Below are positions 51,455-63,885 of a stretch of 64,000 bases of DNA, piece by piece. The notes beneath the pieces are model-generated. The model searched no databases and was not told the DNA's origin. It worked only from the letters and a program-made list of their open reading frames with translations. Each line of letters begins with the position of its first letter. The stretch's first letter is position 1. Where the stretch lies: assembly GCA_038087875.1 (NCBI GenBank), contig CM075992.1, positions 1,862,001 through 1,926,000 on the forward strand. Direction: 5' to 3'. Origin of the DNA: Malacoraja senta. Lineage: Eukaryota. The translations under genes were made by a program, and so were the position numbers.

Positions 51455-52255
51455 CAAGATACAAGATACATTTATTTGTCACATGTACCAATTGGCACAG
51501 TGAAATGTGTGTTCACCATACAGCCATACAAATAAATAAAGAACACAACATACGATAGAGTCCAACATAAAACATTCCCACACAGCAGAATCAAAGTTTC
51601 CCACTGTGAGGGAAGGCACCAAAGTCAGTCCTCTTCCTCGGATGTTCTTGATGTTCACCCGTGGTCGGGGCCTCCCAAGCCCTCCGCAGTTAGGCCCGCT
51701 CGCCGTTATGATGGATTTCCGACGTCAGAACGGGAGGACAACCTCAGCGGCTTGGACCTCCGAATCGGCCACTTCCTACCGGAATCCGCGGCTCCCGAAG
51801 TCCACAGGGCGGAGATTCACGCAGAAGGCCCCAGGGCTCCGCGATGTTGAAGTCAGTGCCGCCCGCGCTGGGAGCTCTACGAACCACAGCCCCGCTATGT
51901 TGTTGCAGCAGGCCCAGCACTCCGGAGCTTCAAATGGCGATTCCAGGTAGGCATCGCCCACTCCGCGATGAATCCAGCGCTGCTCCGCCGCTGCTGAAGC
52001 TCTGGTCGGTACCCGGTCCCCAGCAGGAAAGGCCGCGCCAATCCAGTTGGTAGGCCGCGAGGAGGGGGGCGAGGACTCGACTCGGAGATTAGTCGCATCC
52101 TCGCCAGGAAGTGACTGGGAAACGGTTTCCCCCTTACCCTACCCCCCTCCCCCACATAGAAAAACTAAAGCACCCTCCAAAACATACTGTTAAGACAAAC
52201 TAAAATTAAAAAAAGATTTTAAAAACAGACAGACTGTAGGCAGAGGCTGCCATCA
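51455..52255 (-). mobile_element. GC-rich non-autonomous retroposon with LINE-type tail
   Basis: Minus strand begins gatggcagcctctgcc, CpG-rich body, ends aataaatgtatcttgtatcttg; no coherent ORF. Confidence 0.55.
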
Positions 52256-52964
52256 ATGTGGTGCCCCTAGTGGGGATAGATGTTCATCTATCTGTCACCA
52301 GGTCTCTGTTTGTAACTTACTGGCATGCAATCTGTAAAGCAATATCCATTGACAAACAGGCACGATTGGATATAACCAACTATACCAATGAACCAATTAT
52401 TAAGAAAACCTAATCTCAGTAATATGCTCTTTTCGACACACAGTGGGAGATGCGGTGGATCTAAGCACACCAAACACAGACATAATCATTTCAACCCTTC
52501 AGCTTGCCCCATGAGTGAGAAGCATCTATTTCCCTCAGTATACTGATCAAAGGAGCTGCTGTAGAGATTATCAATAGTTTCCAGTTAAAAGGCATCCATA
52601 TCACCAGCGATCTAACATAACCTCTTCACACTAATGCAGTGATCAAAAAAGCACAGCGGCATATTTACTTTCTTAGGCATCTGAGAAGATTTGGCATGTC
52701 ATAGAGTCATACAGCACTGATATAGGCCCTTCAATTCAACTTCTCCCCGTGACCTGCGTGGGTTTTCCCTGAGTGTTCCGGTTTCCTCACACACTCCAAA
52801 GACGTGTAAGTTTGTAGGTTAATTGGCTTGGTAAAATTGTAAATTGTCCCTAGTGTGTAGGACAGTGCTGGTGTATGTGGTGATTGCTGGTCGGCACTGA
52901 CTCAGTGGGCCGAAGGGCCTGTTTCAGCACTGTAAAAAACTTAAATTAAAACACTTTGCTATGC

Positions 52965-53242
52965 AGACATTGCCACGGAGGTCCGCTGGACTGGAGGGCG
53001 GCATCTTCAGCCTGGATCGATCGCCTCAGCGCAGAGGGAGAACAAGGAGGGAAGAGACGGAGACTAAGACTTTGCCTCCATCACAGTGAGGATGTGCTTG
53101 GTGAACTCACTGTGGTGGATGTTTAATTTGTGTTTATTGTATGTTGTTATTATTGGTTCTGTGTATGACTGCAGGCAACATAATTTCGTTCAGACCGAAA
53201 GGTCTGAATGACAATAAAGGAATCTAATCTAATCTAATCTAA
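52965..53242 (+). mobile_element. Non-autonomous retroposon 3' part with (aatct)n tail
   Basis: Terminal hairpin ttcagacc-gaaa-ggtctgaa, AATAAA, tandem tail. Confidence 0.55.
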
Positions 53243-53600
53243 TGTGAACACAAAGATGCAGTCATTCGGGTGTGATCCCGACTACAGGAGCTGTCTGTAC
53301 GGAGTTTGTATGTTCTCCCCGTGACTGCGCGGGTTTTCTCCGAGATCTTCGGTTACCTCCCACACTACAAAGACGTACAGGTTTGTAGGTTAATTGGCAT
53401 GGTGTATGTGTAAAATTGTCCCTAGTGTGTGCCGGATTGTGTTAGTGTGCGGGGATCGCTGGTCGGTGCAGACTCGGTGGGCCGAAGGGCTTGTTTCCGC
53501 GCTGTATCTCTAAACTAAACTAACTTAAACTAAATTACAAACTATTCTCAAGCTATGTGAATGTCATAAAACTAACGCCATAAACATCTTCACTTTGTTG

Positions 53601-54228
53601 TTAAAGAAGGAACTGCAGATGCTGGAAAATCGAAGGTACACAAAAATGCTGGAGAAACTCAGCGGGTGCAGCAGCATCTATGGAGCGAAGGAAATAGGCA
53701 ACGTTTCGGGCCGAAACCCTTCTTCAGACTGATAGGGGGTGGGGAGAAGAAAGGAAAAAAGGAAAAAGGCGGAGGAGGAGCCCGAGGGCTGGGGGAGGGG
53801 AGGAGACAACCAGATGGCTGATGAAGGGGAGGGGACAGCAAGGGCTAGCAGAATTGGGAGAATTCAATGTTCAAGCCCCCAGGATGTAGACTGCCCAAGC
53901 GGAATATGAGGTGCATTTCCTCCAATTTACGGTGTTGCTCGCTGTGGCCATGGAGGAGACCCAGGACAGAGAGGTCAGATACGGAATGGGAGGGGGAGTT
54001 GAAGTGCTGAGCCACTGGGAGGTCAGGTTGGTTATTGCGGACCGACCGGAGGTGTTCGGCGAAACGGTCGCCAAGCCTCCGCTTTGATCATTCTTCACTT
54101 TGATCATTCTGATGCAGTTAGTCCATCAGCCCATTATGAAGAAGGGTTTCGGCCTGAAACGTTGCCTATTTCCTTCGCTCCATAGATGCTGTTGCACCTG
54201 CTGAGTTTCTCCAGCATGTTTGTGTACT
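53601..54228 (-). mobile_element. Penelope-like fragment with an inverted terminal-repeat copy at its truncated end
   Basis: 53601-54084 matches copy 23579-24030; 54138-54228 is the terminal unit in opposite orientation flanked by agcccattatga duplication. Confidence 0.85.
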
Positions 54229-55769
54229 AGCCCATTATGAATAATTCATATGCATTATCAAGTAACCAAAGCTACGACAAGGTGACTTATTTATTTTAGC
54301 AGAGAGCTTTCCAATTAGATGATACTGTATGTTGCCATCTGCAATACTTCACATTCACTTGATTTTCTCCTTTCATCTTGTCAAGTTGCATATTATACAG
54401 TTGCTGCAGTACAGCCCTGTTCCTATAACACCGAATGAAACCTTCTGTGAATAGCTATCTTTCATGAAGCCTTAGTCACACTATTATGTGTTGATCATTA
54501 GGTCATGGGTTCAAATCTTGCTCGGGGAACTTGAACACAGAAATCAAGACCGTGAATCCTGTGCTGGCACAAGGGAACGTTGCGCTCGCAAAAGGGCCAC
54601 ACTGACAAAATGCAACACTCCCAGGGGAACACTAGCGTGGGAATGTGAGCAGTGCGTCATTGAAATACGTCGAACTGCAAATGCTGGTTTACAACGAAAG
54701 AAACAAAGTCCTGGAGTAACTCAGCGGGACAGTCAGCATCTCTGGAGAAATGGATAGGTGACTTTTTGGATCCGGACCCTTATTCAGACATTGTGGGGAG
54801 GAAGGGAGAAAACTGGATGAAAGGAGGGATAGGACAAAGCCTGGCTGGTAATTAGTATGGGTGTCAGGGGTTATGGGGAGAAGGCAGGAGAATGGGGATA
54901 GGAGAGATAGATAGATCAGCCTTGATTGAATGGCGGAACAGACTTGATGGGCCGAATGGTCTAATTCTGCTCCTATCACTTATGACCTTAATAGGTTGAT
55001 ACAGGTGAGGGGGGTGGGGGGGGGTGGGGGTTGATCGACAAATGCTGCACAAGGGCCAGAGATGAAAAGAGTTATAGAGTAAAGATCTCTCTACACTGTC
55101 CATCAAATCTTCCAGGTCGGAGTTAAACAGAGTAGAGATCCTTCTATACCTACATTCAGAAAAGACCATTGGAATTTGTCGTGCTACCCTGCCTGCAGGA
55201 GAGTTGTGCTCGCCAGCATTTAAAGCAATTTGCAAGTTCCTTGTGCAGGAGTCGCAACCTGCCAGGAGGATGTATGTCATTGGTGAAATATTTCATTTGC
55301 GTGGGTACAATGTTCCTCATAAATAGCTTTGTACCTTTTTCAAATTGCAGAGAGTGGACACATTGATCTAATCGGTTTGGGCTGCTTTCACAGCTAAGTC
55401 ACAGACGTGATTCTAATTGTCTGCATCAACCATCCCACTGGAATTCCTACCTTGACGTCATGCAGAAAATATCAATGGTGTGGCAGTGGAAATATAAATC
55501 AGGATCAAACGGCAAATTTAAAATGTTACCGTCTTCCAAGATAGATAGCTTGCATCAGGGCACTATCAAGATCATATCTATTTTAGTCCACATTATATTT
55601 GCTGCCTTAATCCAGAAAATAAATCTTCATGTCAAGGCTAGTCAATCATTATTACTAATCTCAACTAAACCCAGCAGACCTAACATCCCACCTGTCTAAA
55701 TAGCCTGACAAATGCTCTGCTTTTCAACAGTCAGATGTTAATGTCATTATACAGGTGAACATATTTGTA

Positions 55770-56011
55770 TCTGCGCATGTTTATGTATCCATGTTTATAA
55801 ACATGCATGTGTCTATATATTTTGATATGTGTGCATGTGTGCATGTACATACATGCGTTTAAATATTAAAGTATATATATATATATGTGTGTGTGTGCTT
55901 AAATATATAAACGCATGAACGTACATACATGTACATACAGTTAAATACATTTAGATGTATTTAACTGTATGGACATGTATGTACATACATGCGTTTAAAT
56001 ATTAAAGCATG

Positions 56012-56083
<72 letters not shown>

Positions 56084-56340
56084 TTAATATTTAAACATAC
56101 GTATGTACATTCATGTACATACAATTAAACACATTTAAACGCATGTATTGATATTCATGTATGTAGACTCCATGTGCTTGCACATAGTTACGTGCATGCG
56201 TTGGATTGTGTGCGTGTATTTGTATACTGCACCTCTCCATGTTTCGATGCAGTGTATATTTATCTATGTTCAGTATCTAAATGTGTAGCTGTATGCATGT
56301 ATGTTTCTGTACTCTCCTGCGTGTGCTTGTTTCGCTGCAT
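55770..56340. repeat. Alternating purine-pyrimidine region with (TG)n microsatellite and palindromes
   Basis: (TG)n 56020-56082; hairpin centred ~55952. Confidence 0.85.
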
Positions 56341-56619
56341 GTAAAAACGAATTAATTAGAAACGGTAGCTGGGAAAGTGATGTATTATAGTTTCAGAACA
56401 TGGGAACCTGGATAGTATTCCTAGAAGGCAGTCATAATATCGAACCCAAATTTGCAAATGGTCAGGGACGGGATGGCGTGACTGCAAACGGGGCAGGTAG
56501 AGAGACCCAGAGGCCAGTTCGAGAGGAGGCTTAGCTTTTACGTTTATCCAACAGATACAAGGTTCTTGCTCTCATGTTGGATGAGATTGTTACTACAGGG
56601 TGGATGAGCAACTGCCTAA

Positions 56620-59600
56620 AGCACCATGGCACAGGGAGTAATTTAAGCAGGGAAGTAAAGAGAAATGCAGTGGTTATAGAGGATAGCACAGTTACGGAAA
56701 CTGCTCTCTGCCACAGAGACAGACCTAAATGCTGTGTTGCTGCTGGGGTTAAGGACATCACCACTGGGCTAGAGAAGAACATGGAACAGGTTTCCCTTTC
56801 CCCGTTAGGGAGGGGCAGGACCCAATTGGAGTAGGAGGGGAACTAACTACAAAGGTAGGACTAGGAAGGTTGTTCTGCTGAAGGATTATGAGTACAGGGC
56901 AAAATTGAAACGCAGAATCACAAGCGTAATGGATTATTACCTGAGTCATGTACAAATGTGCAAAGAGAGGCAAATGTGCGGCAGACACCGTGGTGAGGTA
57001 GAAATCGCCTCAGGTTTACGATTCATGGGATACTGGTACCTGTAGTGGGGAAAGAGGTAGCTTGGGCAAGGGCTTCACCCAAATCGTGCTGGGACACTGT
57101 GTACTGGTGAATCACATAAATAGGGTTGTAGATAGAGCGTTAAATTAAATAGCGGGGTGCTAGTGAGAGCTCCTTGCTGGAATGTTTAATACATCAAGAG
57201 GAAATGAGAGAATGCCAGCACGGAAAAGTGAGGGGGAGATTAATAACCAAAGTATACCAATAAATGGGAACAGACAGATTCACTCAGCAAATCTAGAGTT
57301 AGTCAAATCTAAAATTTGAAGGTTACTGGTCTTTATTTGAATGCATGCATTTGCAGTAAGATTAATGAGTTGACGGTATAGATAGAAACATAGAAAATAG
57401 GTGGAGTAGGCCATTCGGCCCTTCGAGCCAGCACCACCATTCAATATGATCATGGCTGATCATCCAGAATCTTTACCCCTTTCCTGTTTTCTCCCCATGT
57501 CCCTTGATTCAGTTAGCCCTAAGAGCTACATCTAACTCTCTCTTGAATATGATCTGATAGGTATTACAGAGATGTGGTTGCAGGGTGCCCCTCCCTGACT
57601 GGGTGCTCGCGATTCCAGGTTATACACGATTCGATAGAACGTTATTTATCCCAGGAGGGAAGTTGATCTGCCAACAGTCGTAAAACACAACAAGATACAT
57701 GAAACATGAAATTAAAGTGAGGAGTGGAAAGTCCAGGATTGGAGATGTGCAAAGATTTGGGGGGGGGGGGGGGAGTCAGGCTACCCCACGACAGAAGGGG
57801 GAGGAGTGCAGTTTGATAGGGAAAAATGGATCTCCTGTGGCATTATGTGCTGCATCTTGGTGGAACCAGTCTGTTGCTGAAGGTGCTCCTCAGGTTGACC
57901 AGTGTGTGATGGAGGGGGTGAGCTGTATTGTCCGGGATGCTCCGCAGTTTGAGGAGCATCCTCCCCTCCAAGACCAATCTCCCGTGAATCCAACTCCACC
58001 CCCAGGACTGTTCCAAAGGGACAAGCTAACAAGGAAAGGAGGTATGGTAGCATTGCTAAGGAAGGAATTAGGGTGAAGCTGAATGATGACACGGAGGCAA
58101 TGGATGATAATGTAGAATCGGTTTGAGTTGAAATTATGAATAGCATGGGAAAGAGGTAAATGTGAGGCTAAGAGCATGGTGTGACAGAAATGGTGTATGA
58201 TTCTTGGGACCAGTAGTGGGGAAGGAGAGTGCTACTTCATTGAGAATCACCTATAAGCTCCCAAAGTGTGGCCTCTTGATTGGGAAGAAAATAAATGGGG
58301 ACATATGTAGGGGGGTTTTGAAGGGAACACCAATGGCACTGGGAGATGTTCATCTTCATTATGATTAAACTAACCAAATTGGCGAAGGCATTGTAGAAGA
58401 TACATTTACGGAGTGTATCGAGGATTGTTGCTCAGAATCTAGCCAGGATCAGGCTATTTTAGATTTGGTCACGAATAAGAAAGAAGGAGTAATAAGAGAT
58501 ATTGTAGTTAGAGATCCCCTAGGAGGTAGTGACCACAATATTATACAATTCCAGATATAGTTTGAGGATAAACCGTACAGGACCAAAACCACTGACTTCA
58601 GCTTAAATAAGGGCAATTATAATGGTGTGAATGTGGGAGTGTCTGAGGTGGACTTGGGAGGATAAGATGAGAGTCAGGACAATAAATGAACAGTGGCAGA
58701 TAGTCAAACCTCAGGTCCATAAGAATCAGCAGAAATCTATCTCAATTAGGATGAGGGAATCCCTGAGAAAGGCGCATAATCTGTAGTTAAACAAGGAGGT
58801 CAAGGATAATGTTAAATGAAAATATGAAGTGGTATGGCCTGGTGAGAGGCCAGAGGACTGGGAAGTTTTTAAGATCTAACAGCAAAAGACATAAAAGCCC
58901 ATAAGAATGGAGAACATTGATTTTCTGATAAAAGGGGTTTGATTTAAAAGCAAACAGTAAGAGTTGGAGATGTAAGAGATTGCAGATGCTGTAATCTAAA
59001 GCAAAATACAAGCTGCTGAAGGAACTCAGTGGTCAGCTATCATCTATGGAGACAGTGGGGTGTTTGTCATATGCAAATAGGACGAGTTTCCATGGATAGA
59101 AAATTGGGAGAAGGCTGGTGAGGTAAGTGTGGGATCTCTGGAGAACGAGGCTGGTGAATTAAAAGAAGCAAATAAAGAAATGGGAGGTATGGTGAATCAA
59201 TTATTTGCATCAGTCTTCACCATGGAGGACACTGCAAATATCCCTAAGATTACAGATGGGCTAACTTCAAATGACAGGATGGAATGTAAAACTCCCATAG
59301 ATGTGGCATAATCAAAGAATCATCCAGCATGGAAACAGCTCAACACCCATGCTAACCAAGATGTCCCATCTAAGCTATCCATATGCCCAAATATGACCCA
59401 TATCCCTCCAAACCTCCCCTACCCATGTACCTGTCCAAGTGTCTTTTAAATGTTGTTATTGTTAAATCATTAGTGAAATTCGTGCAATTTTAGATAGACA
59501 AATCCCTTGGACTGGATTAGCTGCACCTTGGTATTTAATAGAATGGGCTACAGAGATAGGGGACCCATTAACTCAAAATGTTTGACACCTGCAAAATTCT

Positions 59601-60480
59601 GGGAAGGTACTAGAAAATTGAAAAACAGCAAATGTTCCCCTGGTCGAAAAGGGAAGAAGACAGAAGGTGTTAGTTTAATTTATAGATGCTAGAGTCAATA
59701 ATCAAAGAGGAAGTAACCAACCATTTAGGAAATCTGAATACAGGCAGTTCCTGAGTTACAAGTCCATGCCTGAGAACTGATTCTAACCTGAATTTTTGTC
59801 AGTCGGAAATGAACAAATTCACAAAAACAGTTGTAATGGAAGAGCAAGCAGGCATGGGAAGAGTGGCCGCCAACCGACCTGACAACTCAGGAAGTGATCT
59901 GGTGAGTTTGCTCAGTGCTCTCAGATCTTCCCCACTTGCCCCAGGTCACGATGGTCGCAGCTCAGGAGAGTAGGGAAATGGGGAGGCCGGGGAGAGAAGG
60001 GAGGTAGAAATGCTCCATTCCCACCCGGCAGAAGATGCCTGCAGCGCTGTAGCAGCTGGCAAATCCCTCCTCATTCATCATGCCAGACTCCAGGGAAATA
60101 ATCCTACTCAACTCCAAATTGTGCCACCTGCAACCCTGTAGTAGCTGGCAAATCCAATCCCATGCAGACCTCCAAACAGCCGGTACAGTGGCTCAAATCA
60201 CTAATTCCAGCTAAAAGTATCACATCTGCCTCTGCAAAATACAGCTACATGGTCACGTTCCAACCATACAATCCAACTCTAAATCACTTGATTCACATGT
60301 GAAGCTCTACTATAAAGTTAGAGATGCATAACTTGTTTCTAAAAATTGTTTAAAAATTCATTGGAACATTTTCGTAAAATAGAAAATTTGTAAGTCAGTT
60401 CTGCCTTAACCATGTGCCTGCCTGCCTGCCTGTGTAATTAAAACTGGTCAAGATGGTTTCATGAAAGGTAAATTACTGAA
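56620..60480 (+). mobile_element. Ancient CR1 LINE fossil (ORF1 esterase to RT start) with nested inserts
   Basis: AVVIEDSTV (GDS-like), degenerate ITE.W, LGGSDHN and Q.GFMKGK motifs in the expected order; inserts include CR1 3' end 57380-57546(-) and Rex1 ~57630-58005(-). Confidence 0.65.
59741..60406. mobile_element. Tigger-like MITE (degenerate)
   Basis: TA|caggcagttcctgagttacaa ... ttgtaagtcagttctgcct imperfect TIRs; interrupts the old CR1. Confidence 0.45.
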
Positions 60481-60569
60481 ATACAGCATCAACTCATGCC
60501 TAGATTATCAATGGATAAATACTTCAACTTCCTGTGACAAGATTACTAACTCTGCAAGTAGAGTTACTT

Positions 60570-61232
60570 ACATCCAGGAGCGGGAAAGACTGCAAAAAGT
60601 TGTGACCACTGCCCAATTATAAAGAAGGCACATCAGCTCCTCTACTTCCTGAGAAGATTACGGAGAGTCGCTATGTCAAGGAGGACTCTCTCGAACTTCT
60701 ACAGGTGCACAGTGGAGAGCATGCTGACTGGCTGCATCGTGGCTTGGTTCGGCAACTTGAACGTCCAGGAGCGGAATAAATTGCAGAAAGTTGTGACCAC
60801 TGCCCAGTCCATCATCGGCTTTGACCTCCCCGCCATCGAAGGGATCTATCGAAGTCGCTGCCTCAAAAAGGCAGCCAAAATCATCAAAGACCCACACCAT
60901 CCCGGCCACACACTCATTTCACCACTGCCATCGGGAAGAAGGTACAGGAGCCTGAAAACTGTAACGTCCAGGTTCAGGAACAGCCTCTTCCCTACAAGCA
61001 TCAGGCTGTTAAACATGACAACAAATAATCTCTGAACTGCAACAGACTATCATTATTATTGCACTATATTTGTTATTTATTGAGGTTGAGTATGTGTGCG
61101 TGTGTATACATACACTGAACTTTTTTTCTTCTCCCGTTATGTACTATGTTTACATATTCTGTTGTGCTGCAGCAAGCAAGAATTTCATTGTCCTTTCTGG
61201 GACATATGACAATAAAACTCTCTTGACTCTCT
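60570..61232 (+). mobile_element. Rex1/Babar LINE 3' fragment
   Basis: ORF 60673-61035 NFYRCTVESMLTGCIVAWFGN...KDPHHPGH...LPSGRRYRS; ctcttga tail; 60570-60616 duplicates part of the body. Confidence 0.88.
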
Positions 61233-62661
61233 TAACATTCCATGTGCACATGGGATTATCCCCATTAACAAAATATATGCATCCAGTGGTGTTTTCCTTG
61301 CACTGGCTGCTGTGCAGAGTATTTACAGTAACTTCTGTTTTGATATTTGATACGAGTCCATCCCTTTAGTTTGTTACTTATATCCATGATTAGCCTTTTG
61401 AAGGCACAGAATCTTTCTCAGTTAGAGTCTATGGTGACAGCAAATCAACTATCTCTCCAAGTAGTGGTTACTCTTGATGATGCAGGCGATGCCCATGGCC
61501 AGTTTAACTGCAGAAGAAATTGGGGTCGAGCCCAATGCCATCCTCATAAGCATTCTGCCTGGCAGAGGCCAGAATAGTGGCCAGAAGAAAGAATCCACCA
61601 TGATTTACCTTTCTTACCCCAGAGACACTGAAAATGATCATAGCGTCCCTTCCACTGTTCCCACTGCAATCAGATAAGATTCAGCAGAGATCAGAATAGA
61701 GATCCCAAGAGTTCTGGACTGTAAGACTGAATTACCAACTGTTTTTTATTAAATAACCCATCAGTGAGAAACAATATCATTTCTATCCAATTTGAACACT
61801 GCTTTATATAAAAGAATTGATAACACAACATACAGCCAGAGTGAAACCACAAGAGCAAAATGTAGTCCTTTATAAAATTTGTCAACCACCACCCTTTACC
61901 CTCCTCAGCCAGCTACAACACACCCGTGGTCTACGGAAGAACCATACAGTGCTTTATACTGAAACCTGCCTATTGCCTCATGTTCAAAACTGCAACATGA
62001 CTTTCAAACAGCTAATCAGTGGCTGCAGTGAAACACATAACAATTTAAAGAAAATTAGATTGAGATACACGAGAGATTCACAAGAAATTAAAGCGTTGCA
62101 AAGACCAGCAGAAAATATATGATTTAAAAAAAATACAAGACTAAGGCACGATCACTATCATTGGTTAAAATACAGCCAGATTCTGCAGCAGCTCACTGTG
62201 AGGTTCAAAAACGAAGCGTGCAGCGAGATAAAACTGAGGCTCACCTTTATAATAACTGAGAATGGTTAGGTCAGTCAGTTACAAGGAGAGAATCTATAAA
62301 GGGAAGATTGTCCAAAAATAAAAATCCCCAGCTCTTGCACAGGAGAACCCCATTCACAGAACCTTCTCTTTGTTTATCAACGTGCGCAGCCTGACGATGT
62401 GGCAGCTCAGTTAATCACTGTGTGCAGAGCGAGAGAGAGAGAGAGAGAGAGAGTACAGAAGGGAAGCAAGGAAAGACTGCGGATCCAGCGGAGCTTGTGA
62501 ATAAAGAAAGAGCTGTGATATGTGCTTGTGAGTGTGGACGTGTGTGTGTGTGTGTGTGAGTGAGTGAGTGAGTGTATGTGTGTGTGTGTGTGTGTTGGGG
62601 GGGGAGCGACGGTGGAACTATACAGGGAGATTCTTGCAGTGCTTCTTATAGATTCACTTCC

Positions 62662-62691
62662 ATGAGAGCTCACCAAGGAAGCAATGAGGAG
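62662..62691 (+). CDS. Possible short first coding segment of an unidentified plus-strand gene (MRAHQGSNEE)
   Basis: ATG...GAG|gtattt preceded by a (GA)n/(GT)n-rich leader and tataaa at ~62296; no homology recognised. Confidence 0.2.
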
Positions 62692-63000
62692 GTATTTACA
62701 TCATCCTATCTATCCCTTCAGAATACATGTATAAAAATATTTAAAGATAAATATTTAAATCAATTTAAGAAAAATATCCAGTTGGACAGTCACTTGCTCT
62801 CTGGGAAATTAGTCACCGAACCACCTAAGAAGGCAAGATCTTCTTCTGACGTAACGGAACATCAATTATATAATGACAAGTTAAATTAACCTGGGGATTT
62901 TTCCAGTTAAGGAAATAATTCACCCAATACTTCCCATGCAGGCAATGGTGGATTGTTTAGGCGCTGTTCTCAGGAATAAGAAAGTTAGCCTGGGATGCTA

Positions 63001-63502
63001 GTACAGAGAAGGTTCACCAGACTGATTCCTGGGATGGCAGGACTTTCACATGAAGAAAGACTGGATAGACTCGGCTTGTACTCGCTAGAATTTTGAAGAT
63101 TGAGGGGGGATCTTATAGAAACTTACAAAATTCTTAAGGGTTTGGACAGGCTAGATGCAGGAAGATTGTTCCCGATGTTGGGGAAGTCCAGAACAAGGGG
63201 TCACAGTTTAAGGATAAGGGGGAAGTCTTTTAGGACCGAGATGAGAAAAACATTTTTCACACAGAGAGTGGTGAATCTCTGGAATTCTCTGCCACAGAAG
63301 GTAGTTGAGGCCAGTTCATTGGCTATATTTAAGAGGGAGTTAGATGTGGCCCTTGTGGCTAAAGGGATCAGGGGGTATGGAGAGAAGGCAGGTACAGGAT
63401 ACTGAGTTGGATGATCAGCCATGATCATATTGAATGGCGGTGCAGGCTCGAAGGGCCGAATGGCCTACTCCTGCACCTATTTTCTATGTTTCTATGTTTC
63501 TA
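63001..63502 (+). mobile_element. CR1 LINE 3' fragment
   Basis: ORF 63100-63405; (gtttctat)n tail. Confidence 0.95.
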
Positions 63503-63683
63503 AATTCTACCCAATGATGCCAGGGGCTAGGCTAGGCCAGTCTTGGGCAGAGTTCTAATGCTGTCCCTTGGTGAATATCCCACTAATGCCGACGATCTAA
63601 TTTCCAAAATAAATAATAGCCATTTGGAAAAAGCACCGAGAATCTTAATAGAAATTTACTGCAGTTTCATAATTATCATGTGA

Positions 63684-63885
63684 AACACAAGGTGCTGGAG
63701 GAACTCAGCCGGTCAGGCAGCATCTAGGGAGGGAGTGGACAGACGTCTTGGGTCGGGACGCTTCTTCAAGTCTGAACCTGAAACGTTGCCTGTCCATTAC
63801 CTCCACAGGTTCTGCCCGACTCACTGTGTTTCTCCAGCTATTTGTGTTTTGCTCTAGATTCCAGCACATGACGTTTCTTGTGTCT
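63684..63885. mobile_element. Penelope-derived fold-back repeat (older)
   Basis: Inverted arms acacaaggtgctggaggaactcagc / ...ttctccagctatttgtgt. Confidence 0.65.

Noticed and set aside
51650..52150. CpG-island-like GC-rich patch as a host promoter
   Set aside because: Contained within a retroposon-like element, as are the other CpG-rich patches
13716..63428. Recurrent 75-aa ORF MIMADHPTQYPVPAFSPYP... and similar repeated ORFs
   Set aside because: Antisense readings of CR1 or Penelope copies, not a gene family
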